Virus record (IMG/VR): IMGVR_UViG_3300020391_000003
Location: 1-64,000 of that record
DNA: 64,000 bases
Strand: one strand, 5' to 3'
Source: a virus
The notes beneath the pieces were generated by a model. It worked only from the letters and a program-made list of their open reading frames with translations. It did no database searches and was not told the DNA's origin. Each line of letters opens with the position of its first letter. Within the stretch, counting starts at the first letter, position 1. This document shows positions 54,578-63,800 of the stretch, piece by piece. The position numbers were made by a program, and so were the translations under genes.

Positions 54578-56598
54578 ATAAAGATAATCGTATATCAAAT
54601 TTATTTCACAATAAAAAACTTATTTCTGCTGGCCTTGAGCCTTTTCCGCATACTGCCGTTTCAGGAAATAAAGATGATGATGTATTATTTCTTATTGCAA
54701 ATTCTGGCGAATATAATGAAAAAATAAAATTTAAAAACTTAAAAAAATCTATACTAGATAATGTTGTATTTCTTACCGGCAATCAATTAATTAGTGGAGA
54801 AAAAACGTTTGCAGATCCATGCACATTTTTAAGCACAATTTATGTAAATGAAATAATTGATATAACCCAAACAGGAGATATCAGCGGTAATATTTTTGTA
54901 GGAGAAACAGGTTTATTTGAAAAAGTTGGCATTGGACTTGACTTTACAGACAGAAGAATAATAAAAGACATTTATAGCGATTTTCCAAATTTTTCAGATG
55001 GTTATGTTGATTACAATTACGGAGGAGGCATTGACCCTACAACTCATCAAGAAGGACTAGACTTTATTGGAATTGGTCAGCCTAATTTAGACACAACAAT
55101 ATCTTCTTATTCTATATATGAACCTTCAGGATATTATAATTCCACAATTCCTTTGTCTCAACAAAATTTTGAAAACGATTTAACTTTAGACGGACAATCT
55201 TTTTTGCCGAGCGACATTCACAGAGAAATGGGAGGAGCATGGGTAGGCATTGATTTTCCAGAACCTTTTAATTACAGAGGATTTTCTGTTTTCAGATCAG
55301 ACATTGAAAATTCAGCAGAAAAATTCAAAGTGGTTGCCTCAAATAACGGCGTAGACTGGAAAACTATTCATACCGAAAATAATTTAGATGCAGGATCATA
55401 TGCAGAAACGGGACAAGCATCTATTTTTTCTTTGAGTGATTATCATCCAGAAAAGTATTCAAAATATAGACTAGTTGCACAAAAAATAATTTCTGGTAAT
55501 TTTTGGGAATTTGCTCATTTTAATTTTTCTGGAGTAGAATTTTATGAACATGTTAAAACCGTTCATCCACAATATACTCTTCATGTATCAGGAGATTCTG
55601 TTTTTATTGGAGACATAACTCATACTGGAAACTTAAGACAAGAAGGCAATTCTTTAAGGATTGGAGATACAGATCTTATAGGTAATTACAATATCACAGG
55701 AGATTCTAAAATAGTTGGGGATACAGTGCAAACTGGGGATTCACACCTTTTTGGAGATGTTTTTAGAACAGGGGATGTTTTTATTAAAGGAAGCGAAACA
55801 ACAACCGAAGATATACATCTTGGAGAATATTTATATCATCTCGACGATCCAGATACATTTCTAAGATTCACAGATGATAAGCTCGAACTTACTGCGGGTT
55901 CAGGAGTCAAAGTTATTTTAGAAGAAAACGAAAATGATACTTTAAAATTTTTTACGAGTGGCATTGAGCAACTTAGATTAACAAATGAAGGATTTTTAGG
56001 AGTAAATACAGAAACACCTGTCGGAGAACTTTCTGTTACAGGAGATTCTTATTTAGAATGTTTGTTTGTAACTGGAGAAGATGGACAATGGGAAAAAGTA
56101 GTTGGCGGATCTGATGAAGTTGTTTCATTTTCTACTGATTTATTTGGAGGAGACGATCTTTATAAAATAGATTTTCCAAAAACCTTTGGAGAAAATCCAG
56201 CGGTTACCGTTTCCTTAGAAAATGATCAAGGAGGTCCAATTGTTCCATACATGATTTCTGGAGTAAATGGTCACGAATACTTTATAAACTTTGGATCAAA
56301 TTTATTAAATGATGGATACACAGTTCATACATCCGCAAGAGGTATAGGTCAATCTTCAATAAATAAAACAACAACACAATCATTTATTACTGAATTAACT
56401 CCTCAAGCAGGAAAAGACATATACGAAATATTTTATCCTAATCAATTTCACTCAAATCCAATTATATCAACTGCATTAGAAAACGAAATAGAAATACTGC
56501 CATATGTTATTTCTGGAATTTCAGATAGTTCATATAAGGTTGTATTTGGGCGTCCGCTTCCTAATTCCTGTAAAATTCATACACATGCAGTCAGATAA
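54574..56598 (+). CDS. Paralogous fibre protein with an inserted discoidin (F5/8C)-like domain
   Basis: Co-linear with 53036-54577, plus WVGIDFPEP...FKVVASNNGVDWKTI...YSKYRL. Confidence 0.65.
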   Translation: MNKDNRISNLFHNKKLISAGLEPFPHTAVSGNKDDDVLFLIANSGEYNEKIKFKNLKKSILDNVVFLTGNQLISGEKTFADPCTFLSTIYVNEIIDITQTGDISGNIFVGETGLFEKVGIGLDFTDRRIIKDIYSDFPNFSDGYVDYNYGGGIDPTTHQEGLDFIGIGQPNLDTTISSYSIYEPSGYYNSTIPLSQQNFENDLTLDGQSFLPSDIHREMGGAWVGIDFPEPFNYRGFSVFRSDIENSAEKFKVVASNNGVDWKTIHTENNLDAGSYAETGQASIFSLSDYHPEKYSKYRLVAQKIISGNFWEFAHFNFSGVEFYEHVKTVHPQYTLHVSGDSVFIGDITHTGNLRQEGNSLRIGDTDLIGNYNITGDSKIVGDTVQTGDSHLFGDVFRTGDVFIKGSETTTEDIHLGEYLYHLDDPDTFLRFTDDKLELTAGSGVKVILEENENDTLKFFTSGIEQLRLTNEGFLGVNTETPVGELSVTGDSYLECLFVTGEDGQWEKVVGGSDEVVSFSTDLFGGDDLYKIDFPKTFGENPAVTVSLENDQGGPIVPYMISGVNGHEYFINFGSNLLNDGYTVHTSARGIGQSSINKTTTQSFITELTPQAGKDIYEIFYPNQFHSNPIISTALENEIEILPYVISGISDSSYKVVFGRPLPNSCKIHTHAVR

Positions 56599-56608
56599 CA
56601 TAAAACTT

Positions 56609-56613
56609 GTGTA
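56609..56613 (+). promoter_or_regulatory. GTGTA motif, candidate late promoter
   Basis: aaacttGTGTAatacaataagATG, 10 nt before 56624. Confidence 0.55.
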
Positions 56614-56623
56614 ATACAATAAG

Positions 56624-59600
56624 ATGATTTCTAAACATATATTTACTTCGGATGTTATTAGTGGAAAGCAGCTATATATCGACGAACTTCATTCAACTGG
56701 AGACTCAATTGTAGCAAGCACTGATTTTAATATTGAAAATAATTTAAAAGTAGGAGAAGACTTATCGATCGGCGGAAACAGCGTTCTTTCAGGCAACGCA
56801 AATATCACTGGAGATCTTTTTGTTGGACAGCATTTCACTGTTAAAGGAATAACAACAACCCTTGATACAGTCAACGTTACAGGTGATGCAAATATCACTG
56901 GAGATCTTTTTGTTGGCCGCAATCTTACTGTCAAAGGAACAACCACAACTCTTGACACAGTTAACGTTACGGTTGATGACCATAATATTGAGCTTGGATC
57001 AGTTGATAATCCAACAAATATTACGGCAGAAGGTGGAGGAATCACGCTCAAAGGAGATGAAGATAAAACTTTTAATTGGCAAGCAAATTATAATGGCTCT
57101 TGGCTTTCTAGTGAAAATTTAGGAGTTGCAGATGGCAAATATGTATTTACAGACAAAGTTCGCGCAAGAGATGGTGCAGGCTTATTTTTAGAAGATGACG
57201 GAGGAAATGGAATTTTTATTAAAAATGGCGGCAATGTAGGTATTGGTTCTGCAGATTTTCCTGGCAGCGTTCAAGGAAATTTACATGTAAATGACAGTAG
57301 CTCTGACAGTCGAATTTATATAACAAGCTCAAACGACTCTGCTGCTTCTCTTCTATTTGGAAACCAAAGTCGCTCTTTCAAAGCAGGTGTTATCTATGAT
57401 AATTCCACTGATTCTTTAAACTTTTGGGGTAACAAAGATGGCGCAGAACAGACAGCAAAAAGAGTAACTATCGACTCCGTCGGCAAGGTAGGTATTGGTA
57501 CTACTGCACCAAAAGCAAAACTGCAAGTAAATGGAGATATATTATTTGGTGATGGCGCGGCTCAAAATGATATTGGTGCCGCCTCTGGCACTGGATTTGC
57601 AACTGGTGGAGACTGGCATATAGGATTATCTTCACATGGCGGCTCGGTTGTAGATGCAAATGGGGCTACCGCAGATGGATTTGCTGGTTTAAAAATTAAT
57701 TCCTATATGGATACCGATAACAGCGGAACTATTGATGCTGATGAATCGGGCGACAAATATAGTCAAGACTTAGAATTTTATACTCATCACTTCGGAGAAC
57801 CAACTCAACCGATGTCTATGGTTATCAAGAATAATGGTAATGTTGGAATTGGTGTTGATTTAGAGAGTTCGCTTCAGAGGGCTGTTGCTCGTTATAAATT
57901 GCACGTTGCGGGTGATGGATATTTCGCAGGAAATTCTATATCGAATGTCGCACCTGCTGTTGGTGTATATCTAGGTAAATCTGAAAGTAACTCAGATCAT
58001 CATGTTTCCATAATTTCGAGTGATAACCAAAACGGATACATAGATTTCTCAAACACAACAAGAGACGCTATTGGAAGAATATTATATGCCAATTCGAACT
58101 CTTCGGGCGTTGGAAGCGGACAAGGTATGTATTTCTATACTGATTATGCAAATAATATAGACAACCCTGATGTTTTCATCGGTCCAGATGGCAAAGTAGG
58201 TATTGGTACAAGTAGTCCTTCTGAAGACCTAACTATTGCTGGAACAAAACAAGGTTTAGAGATTCGAGACGCAACTATAGATTTTGCTATACTTAACTCA
58301 AATGGAGATTCTAAAAAAGCTCAAATAAAAGCCGTCAATGTTAGCAACAAAGGCGATGCAAGTGACACATCTTCAGAATTAATATTTAGCACAACTGCAA
58401 CCCATAACTTTGCAGAACGTATGCGTATTGATCACGCTGGCAATGTAGGTATTGGTACTACGAGTCCTGATCATAAATTACATATTGCTGGTGGAACTCC
58501 ATCGATGAAACTTGAAGGTTCGCAACCAAGAATATGGCTAAGAGAAACTGATCAAACAGATTTAAATACCCTAATTAGAAATAACGGTGGTATTTTTGAA
58601 ATTGATACAGTAAGCGATGCAGATGCTTATATTCAAAATAGATTTTCAATTAATCATGGAAATGGTAATGTCAGGATTAATGATTTACTTGGTATTGGTA
58701 AAGATCCAGATGGATATCATCTTGATGTTGCGGCTCCTGGGGCTGGTGCAATGGGTTTCCGAGTACAAACAAATAGTACTTCATCAAATGCGATAGTACA
58801 TATTGGTAGCGGAGGAAGCTCAGACATTAAATTTAAAGTAGACGGAGAAGGAAGCGTAACAACTGCAAAAGATGTTACAATTGGTGGAGATCTTACAGTT
58901 AATGGTACAACCACTACGGTCAATTCAACCACGGTTACTGTTGACGATAAAAATATCGAACTTGGATCAGTTGCAAGTCCAACAAATACGACTGCAGACG
59001 GAGGAGGAATTACTTTAAAAGGCGCAACAGATAAAGAATTCAAATGGACCAATGCGTCTAATTCATGGAACTCTAGCGAAAACCTAGGAATTGCCGATGG
59101 CAAATATGTATTTACAGATAAAGTTCGCGCAAGAGATGGCGCAGGCTTGTTTCTAGAAGATGACGGAGGAAATGGAATTTTTGTACAAGATGGCGGCAAT
59201 GTAGGTATTGGTACTACGAGTCCTTCTACCGCTCTTGATATCGTTGGTGACATTACAGTAGGCTCGAGGAGTTTTGTTACGAATGACGCATCGGTACAAG
59301 CACGTTCTAGTCAAGGTGTATCTGACGGTGGAAATTCTGTTAGGGGGAGTAACTTAATACTTAAAGCAGGCATCGGAACTGGATCTGCTGATAATGGTTA
59401 TATTGAGTTCCACACAGAAGATTCTACGACAATTCACGGTAATGGACTACCTCACGGCTCTGGTAGTGCTAAGATGCGTATCGACTCCGCAGGCAGAGTA
59501 GGTATTGGCACTACGAGTCCCAATAATCAACTAACAATAGGGACTGATAATAATACATCTTCTTCTATCGGTTTCAGAACTACTCAATTTGCCGGTATCG

Positions 59601-62600
59601 CGGAAATTGTCGCAGAACATGTAGATGGAACCTCGGCTGATGGTAGACTTCATTTTAAAACTCGGAAGACAGGTGACGCGCACACACGATTAACAATCAA
59701 TGAAGACGGCAATGTAGGTATTGGTACTTCTCCCTCAACTGATCGTCCGTTTATATATTCAAAAACACATGGTGATCATAGTTCTGCTATGTATTTTGAT
59801 TTTCATTATGGAAATCAAGCTCCAGGATACACAGCATCAGGTTTGACTATAGCAAACTTAGCTGGTCCTGCTGATGGTGACGGTACTTCTGATCAGCTTA
59901 AAGCCACTTCATTTCTAAATCTTGCAGTAAGATCACCAAATTTAAACAATAACCAGCATGGAACAGTTGGCTACATGGCATTGTCCACTCCGCTTGATGA
60001 TGACGGAACTAGTGACGGAGTCTATGGTACTGGTCAAATTGATTTTTATATCAGAAATGATTCTGCTGCATATGCGTTTCCAAATAGTCCACGAGTGCCA
60101 TCAGCCAATTGGATGTCATCGTTGATGACAATTAAATCTGACGGCAATGTAGCTATTGGTGCTGCGAGGCCTAACAGCGCAACAACTGTAAATAATGTTC
60201 TTCAGGCTCACGGAGGCATGACGATCGCAACAAACGAAGATAATGACACTCCCGAATTAACTTTAAAAAGAACCGCGTCCACTAGCTCAAGCGGTACTGA
60301 TGACATTGTTGATATTCGCGTGGGAGACAGTTCGCTAAATTTTGTTATCAATAATGATAGTGACGGAGATGCAGGAACATTCAGTTTTAATAAAATGGGA
60401 GGAGGCGCACAAATACCTGCAGATGTTATTCTTGGCAGCGTACATCTTGAGAATCGCTTAAGACACAACGGGGACACAGACACATATCTTGAGTTTCACA
60501 ATCAAGACGAATTTCGCGTGGTAACTGGTGGTTCAGAAAGACTTGAAGTTACAAACACGGCGATTGCTCTTAAGAGAGATACTGCTATCACTGGAGGCCT
60601 TACAATCAGTGGAGACCTCACAGTAAATGGAGATACGGTTACGCTCAACACCACGAATTTAGAGGTAGAAGACAAACTTGTTACGGTTGCTAAAAATGCC
60701 ACCAACGCCGTCACAGCCAACAATTGCGGACTTGATTTTGGAGGTCAATACAAATTAACTTTTCGAGACGAATCTACAAATAAACTAGTAATTGAAGATA
60801 CAGCCGACGATGTCGGTTCTCTTGAAATCCAAGGAACCGGTGGCGCGCAACTTATACTCCAAGATACCAACTCAACTAACACAACAAATCAAAGTGGAAT
60901 TCTCGCGTGGAAGACTGCTAACGACACCGTTACAGCTGAAGTTGGATTTAGAACCAACAGCGATAGCGATTTTACAATTAGAAATGGTAGTGGCGATATA
61001 GTTCTTAATGGTCAAGATACACGACTAACTGGTACAGGAAATTTATTGATTGAAAATAGCAATAAAATATTACTCGGAAACACTATTGGCAATTCCAACA
61101 CTAGCGCAGCAGATGCGTACATCTCAATTTTTGACATTGGCGCAAACGATAATGTTAAATTAATTGGATTTGGCGAAGGAAACGCTGGAAGCAACTTCTG
61201 GTTTGGCTCTGGCTTTGAACCTGCTAATGAAAATAATTATATATCGTTAAGTACTAGTACAGTTGAAAATGCAATGAGTTGGAAGATGGACGGCAAGGTA
61301 GGTATTGGTACTGATAGTCCCACTTCGATATTTCATGTTAAATCATCGCTAGATGGTCCTATTTTCGATAGTGGTGGCACAGACAATGCAAATCACGCAT
61401 TGCTTGTTCGTGACAGTTCTGCTAATCAGTTGTTGCGTGTAGAAAACAACGGTAATGTAGGTATCGGCACTACGAACCCTGTGGATAAACTGCATATACA
61501 AGGAGACAGCTCTACGGTATATGATGATACTTCAAGTGCAGGTCAAAGAACTAATTCCAACTTGGTTATAGAAAATAAAAATACAGCTGCGAATACATTT
61601 GCCTCTTTAGACTTTGCAACCAATAATAATAGAGTTCTAAATCGTATTATAGGTGGTCATAAAGATTTAACAACCGAAGGATTTTTAGCGTTTGTTACTG
61701 AGAATAATAGTTCAACCTCAGAAAAAATGCGCATCGACTCCTCAGGCAATGTAGGTATTGGTACTACGAGCCCTGATGCGAACCTTCATGTAAGCGGTGC
61801 GTCCAAACTCGACGGAGGAGTAGTCATTACATCAACCGCAAATCAGGCTACTCCTCAACTAACTTTAAGAAGACATACTGACACAAATGAATCTGGTACA
61901 GACGATATAGTAGACATTACTGTTGGAGATAGTCATATGGTTTTCACCATCAATAATGATAGTGACGGAGATGTAGGAACCTATGAATTCAGAAAAACGG
62001 CTGCAGGCGCTGCGATACTAGCTGCTGTAAATTGCGGCACTATAACAACCAATGGCATAATTCGAAAAGATGATGATACAAATACATACCTTCAGTTTCA
62101 TGAAGCAGATCAATTTCGAGTAGTAACGGGTGGAGCAGAAAGACTTGAAGTTACAAATCAACATACCAAAGCTACTGGAAATCTTATAGTTGAAGGTGAT
62201 CTTACAGTAAATGGAGATACGGTTACGCTCAACACCACGAATTTAGAGGTAGAAGACAAACTTGTTACGGTTGCTAAAAATGCCACCAACGCCGTCACAG
62301 CCAACAATTGCGGACTTGATTTTGGAGGTCAATACAAATTAACTTTTCGAGACGAATCTACAAATAAACTAGTAATTGAAGATACAGCCGACAACACCGC
62401 TTCTCTTGAAATTCAAGGTTTTGGTGGCTCACAACTTATACTTCAAGATACCAATTCAACCAATACCACAAATCAATCGGGAGTTGTAGCGTGGAAGCTT
62501 GGCAATGACACGGTTACAGCTGAAGTTGGATTTAGAAACAATGAGGATAGCGATTTTACAATTAGAAATGGTAGTGGCGATGTAGTTCTTTTGGGTCAAG

Positions 62601-63769
62601 ACACACGGCTCACTGGCACAGGAAATTTAATTCTCGAGCAGGGCAACCTTGTCATCAAATCGAGTAGTCACGACGGAACTTTAAGCACTGCAACTCTTAC
62701 AGCAGATAGAACATATACTCTGCCAAATAAAAGCGGTACGGTTGCGATGATCAGCGATATTTCGAACTCACCTTCTCAAACAGACAACAATTTTACAAAC
62801 GCTCTAAAAAGCAAACTGGATGGTATAGCTGCAGGCGCAACAAACGTCACTAACAACAATCAGCTTGCAAATGGCGCGGGATACTTAACTGCCCATCCAA
62901 GTATTTCTGCAGCTAGCTCTTCAAATAATAGTGGCCGAACATATATTCAAGACATCACCGTAGACTCTAATGGTCATGTAACTGGAATTCAAACTGCAAC
63001 AGAAACAGTAGTCAACACCAACACACAACGCACTGACGCAGAAATAAGAACCGCAGTAGGAGGATCATTTCCAAGTTTTACTGCTGCTCAAAATGGTAAA
63101 GTTTTAAAAGTTAACGCTAGCGGAAATTTAGAATGGGACACCGATAATGCTGGAGCAGGATCAACAAGTCCTGGCGGCTCAGATCATCAAGTACAATTCA
63201 ACAACAATGGATCATTTGGGGGTTCTGCTAATTTAAGATTTGATGGAAATAATTTAGTCTGCGCAAATGCATTAATTGCTCAAGCAAATATCGAAGTTGG
63301 TCCAGGCACAGCAGGATTTGCATTTATTGATTTTAAAAACAATAATTCGCAAGATTCCGACATACGTATATCCCAAGGAGTTGGTTCTGGTCAAGCCGAG
63401 CATGATTTATATATAGCCAAAGGACCAAGTTCTTCTCAAGCTACCAATTTACATGTTGAAGGAGACGTTCTTGCATTCTCTGCATCAGACAAAAGATTAA
63501 AAAATAATATTTCAAATATTTCTTCTCCAATTGAAAAAATCAAACAAATAAATGGAGTAAATTTTGAATGGTCAGACAAGCAATCAACTTATAGCGGAAA
63601 AGACGTTGGAGTTATTGCTCAAGAAGTAGAAAAAGTACTACCTGAAGTAGTCACCGAAAGAGAAGATGGTCATCTTGCAGTAAAATATGAAAAAATTATA
63701 CCACTACTTATAGAAGCAATAAAAGATCAACAAAAAGAGATTGAAGAATTAAAGTCAAAATTGTCTTGA
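56624..63769 (+). CDS. Long modular tail fibre with C-terminal peptidase S74 chaperone
   Basis: About 12 G-[NKR]-V-G-I-G junctions, duplicated blocks, and C-terminal ASDKRLKNNI...DVGVIAQEVEKVLPEVV...AVKYEKIIPLLIEAIK. Confidence 0.9.
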   Translation: MISKHIFTSDVISGKQLYIDELHSTGDSIVASTDFNIENNLKVGEDLSIGGNSVLSGNANITGDLFVGQHFTVKGITTTLDTVNVTGDANITGDLFVGRNLTVKGTTTTLDTVNVTVDDHNIELGSVDNPTNITAEGGGITLKGDEDKTFNWQANYNGSWLSSENLGVADGKYVFTDKVRARDGAGLFLEDDGGNGIFIKNGGNVGIGSADFPGSVQGNLHVNDSSSDSRIYITSSNDSAASLLFGNQSRSFKAGVIYDNSTDSLNFWGNKDGAEQTAKRVTIDSVGKVGIGTTAPKAKLQVNGDILFGDGAAQNDIGAASGTGFATGGDWHIGLSSHGGSVVDANGATADGFAGLKINSYMDTDNSGTIDADESGDKYSQDLEFYTHHFGEPTQPMSMVIKNNGNVGIGVDLESSLQRAVARYKLHVAGDGYFAGNSISNVAPAVGVYLGKSESNSDHHVSIISSDNQNGYIDFSNTTRDAIGRILYANSNSSGVGSGQGMYFYTDYANNIDNPDVFIGPDGKVGIGTSSPSEDLTIAGTKQGLEIRDATIDFAILNSNGDSKKAQIKAVNVSNKGDASDTSSELIFSTTATHNFAERMRIDHAGNVGIGTTSPDHKLHIAGGTPSMKLEGSQPRIWLRETDQTDLNTLIRNNGGIFEIDTVSDADAYIQNRFSINHGNGNVRINDLLGIGKDPDGYHLDVAAPGAGAMGFRVQTNSTSSNAIVHIGSGGSSDIKFKVDGEGSVTTAKDVTIGGDLTVNGTTTTVNSTTVTVDDKNIELGSVASPTNTTADGGGITLKGATDKEFKWTNASNSWNSSENLGIADGKYVFTDKVRARDGAGLFLEDDGGNGIFVQDGGNVGIGTTSPSTALDIVGDITVGSRSFVTNDASVQARSSQGVSDGGNSVRGSNLILKAGIGTGSADNGYIEFHTEDSTTIHGNGLPHGSGSAKMRIDSAGRVGIGTTSPNNQLTIGTDNNTSSSIGFRTTQFAGIAEIVAEHVDGTSADGRLHFKTRKTGDAHTRLTINEDGNVGIGTSPSTDRPFIYSKTHGDHSSAMYFDFHYGNQAPGYTASGLTIANLAGPADGDGTSDQLKATSFLNLAVRSPNLNNNQHGTVGYMALSTPLDDDGTSDGVYGTGQIDFYIRNDSAAYAFPNSPRVPSANWMSSLMTIKSDGNVAIGAARPNSATTVNNVLQAHGGMTIATNEDNDTPELTLKRTASTSSSGTDDIVDIRVGDSSLNFVINNDSDGDAGTFSFNKMGGGAQIPADVILGSVHLENRLRHNGDTDTYLEFHNQDEFRVVTGGSERLEVTNTAIALKRDTAITGGLTISGDLTVNGDTVTLNTTNLEVEDKLVTVAKNATNAVTANNCGLDFGGQYKLTFRDESTNKLVIEDTADDVGSLEIQGTGGAQLILQDTNSTNTTNQSGILAWKTANDTVTAEVGFRTNSDSDFTIRNGSGDIVLNGQDTRLTGTGNLLIENSNKILLGNTIGNSNTSAADAYISIFDIGANDNVKLIGFGEGNAGSNFWFGSGFEPANENNYISLSTSTVENAMSWKMDGKVGIGTDSPTSIFHVKSSLDGPIFDSGGTDNANHALLVRDSSANQLLRVENNGNVGIGTTNPVDKLHIQGDSSTVYDDTSSAGQRTNSNLVIENKNTAANTFASLDFATNNNRVLNRIIGGHKDLTTEGFLAFVTENNSSTSEKMRIDSSGNVGIGTTSPDANLHVSGASKLDGGVVITSTANQATPQLTLRRHTDTNESGTDDIVDITVGDSHMVFTINNDSDGDVGTYEFRKTAAGAAILAAVNCGTITTNGIIRKDDDTNTYLQFHEADQFRVVTGGAERLEVTNQHTKATGNLIVEGDLTVNGDTVTLNTTNLEVEDKLVTVAKNATNAVTANNCGLDFGGQYKLTFRDESTNKLVIEDTADNTASLEIQGFGGSQLILQDTNSTNTTNQSGVVAWKLGNDTVTAEVGFRNNEDSDFTIRNGSGDVVLLGQDTRLTGTGNLILEQGNLVIKSSSHDGTLSTATLTADRTYTLPNKSGTVAMISDISNSPSQTDNNFTNALKSKLDGIAAGATNVTNNNQLANGAGYLTAHPSISAASSSNNSGRTYIQDITVDSNGHVTGIQTATETVVNTNTQRTDAEIRTAVGGSFPSFTAAQNGKVLKVNASGNLEWDTDNAGAGSTSPGGSDHQVQFNNNGSFGGSANLRFDGNNLVCANALIAQANIEVGPGTAGFAFIDFKNNNSQDSDIRISQGVGSGQAEHDLYIAKGPSSSQATNLHVEGDVLAFSASDKRLKNNISNISSPIEKIKQINGVNFEWSDKQSTYSGKDVGVIAQEVEKVLPEVVTEREDGHLAVKYEKIIPLLIEAIKDQQKEIEELKSKLS
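60620..60808 (+). repeat. 189-bp direct repeat, copy 1 (identical to 62204-62392)
   Basis: Base-by-base comparison from acagtaaatggagatacgg to gaagatacagccgac shows no mismatch; offset 1584 nt = 528 codons. Confidence 0.9.
62204..62392 (+). repeat. 189-bp direct repeat, copy 2
   Basis: Identical to 60620-60808. Confidence 0.9.
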
Positions 63770-63794
63770 CTATAAAATAAAATGCTGCTATAAT
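63766..63794 (+). promoter_or_regulatory. Sigma70-type promoter, probably leaderless transcript
   Basis: TTGACT-17 nt-TATAAT, then 6 nt, then ATG at 63801. The -35 overlaps the fibre stop codon. Confidence 0.85.
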
Positions 63795-63800
63795 AGTAGC

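Noticed and set aside
19800-62392. Diversity-generating retroelement (TR/VR pairs) among the fibre repeats
   Set aside because: No reverse transcriptase in the window. All repeat copies are coding, and they are either identical or differ at all four bases rather than only at adenines.
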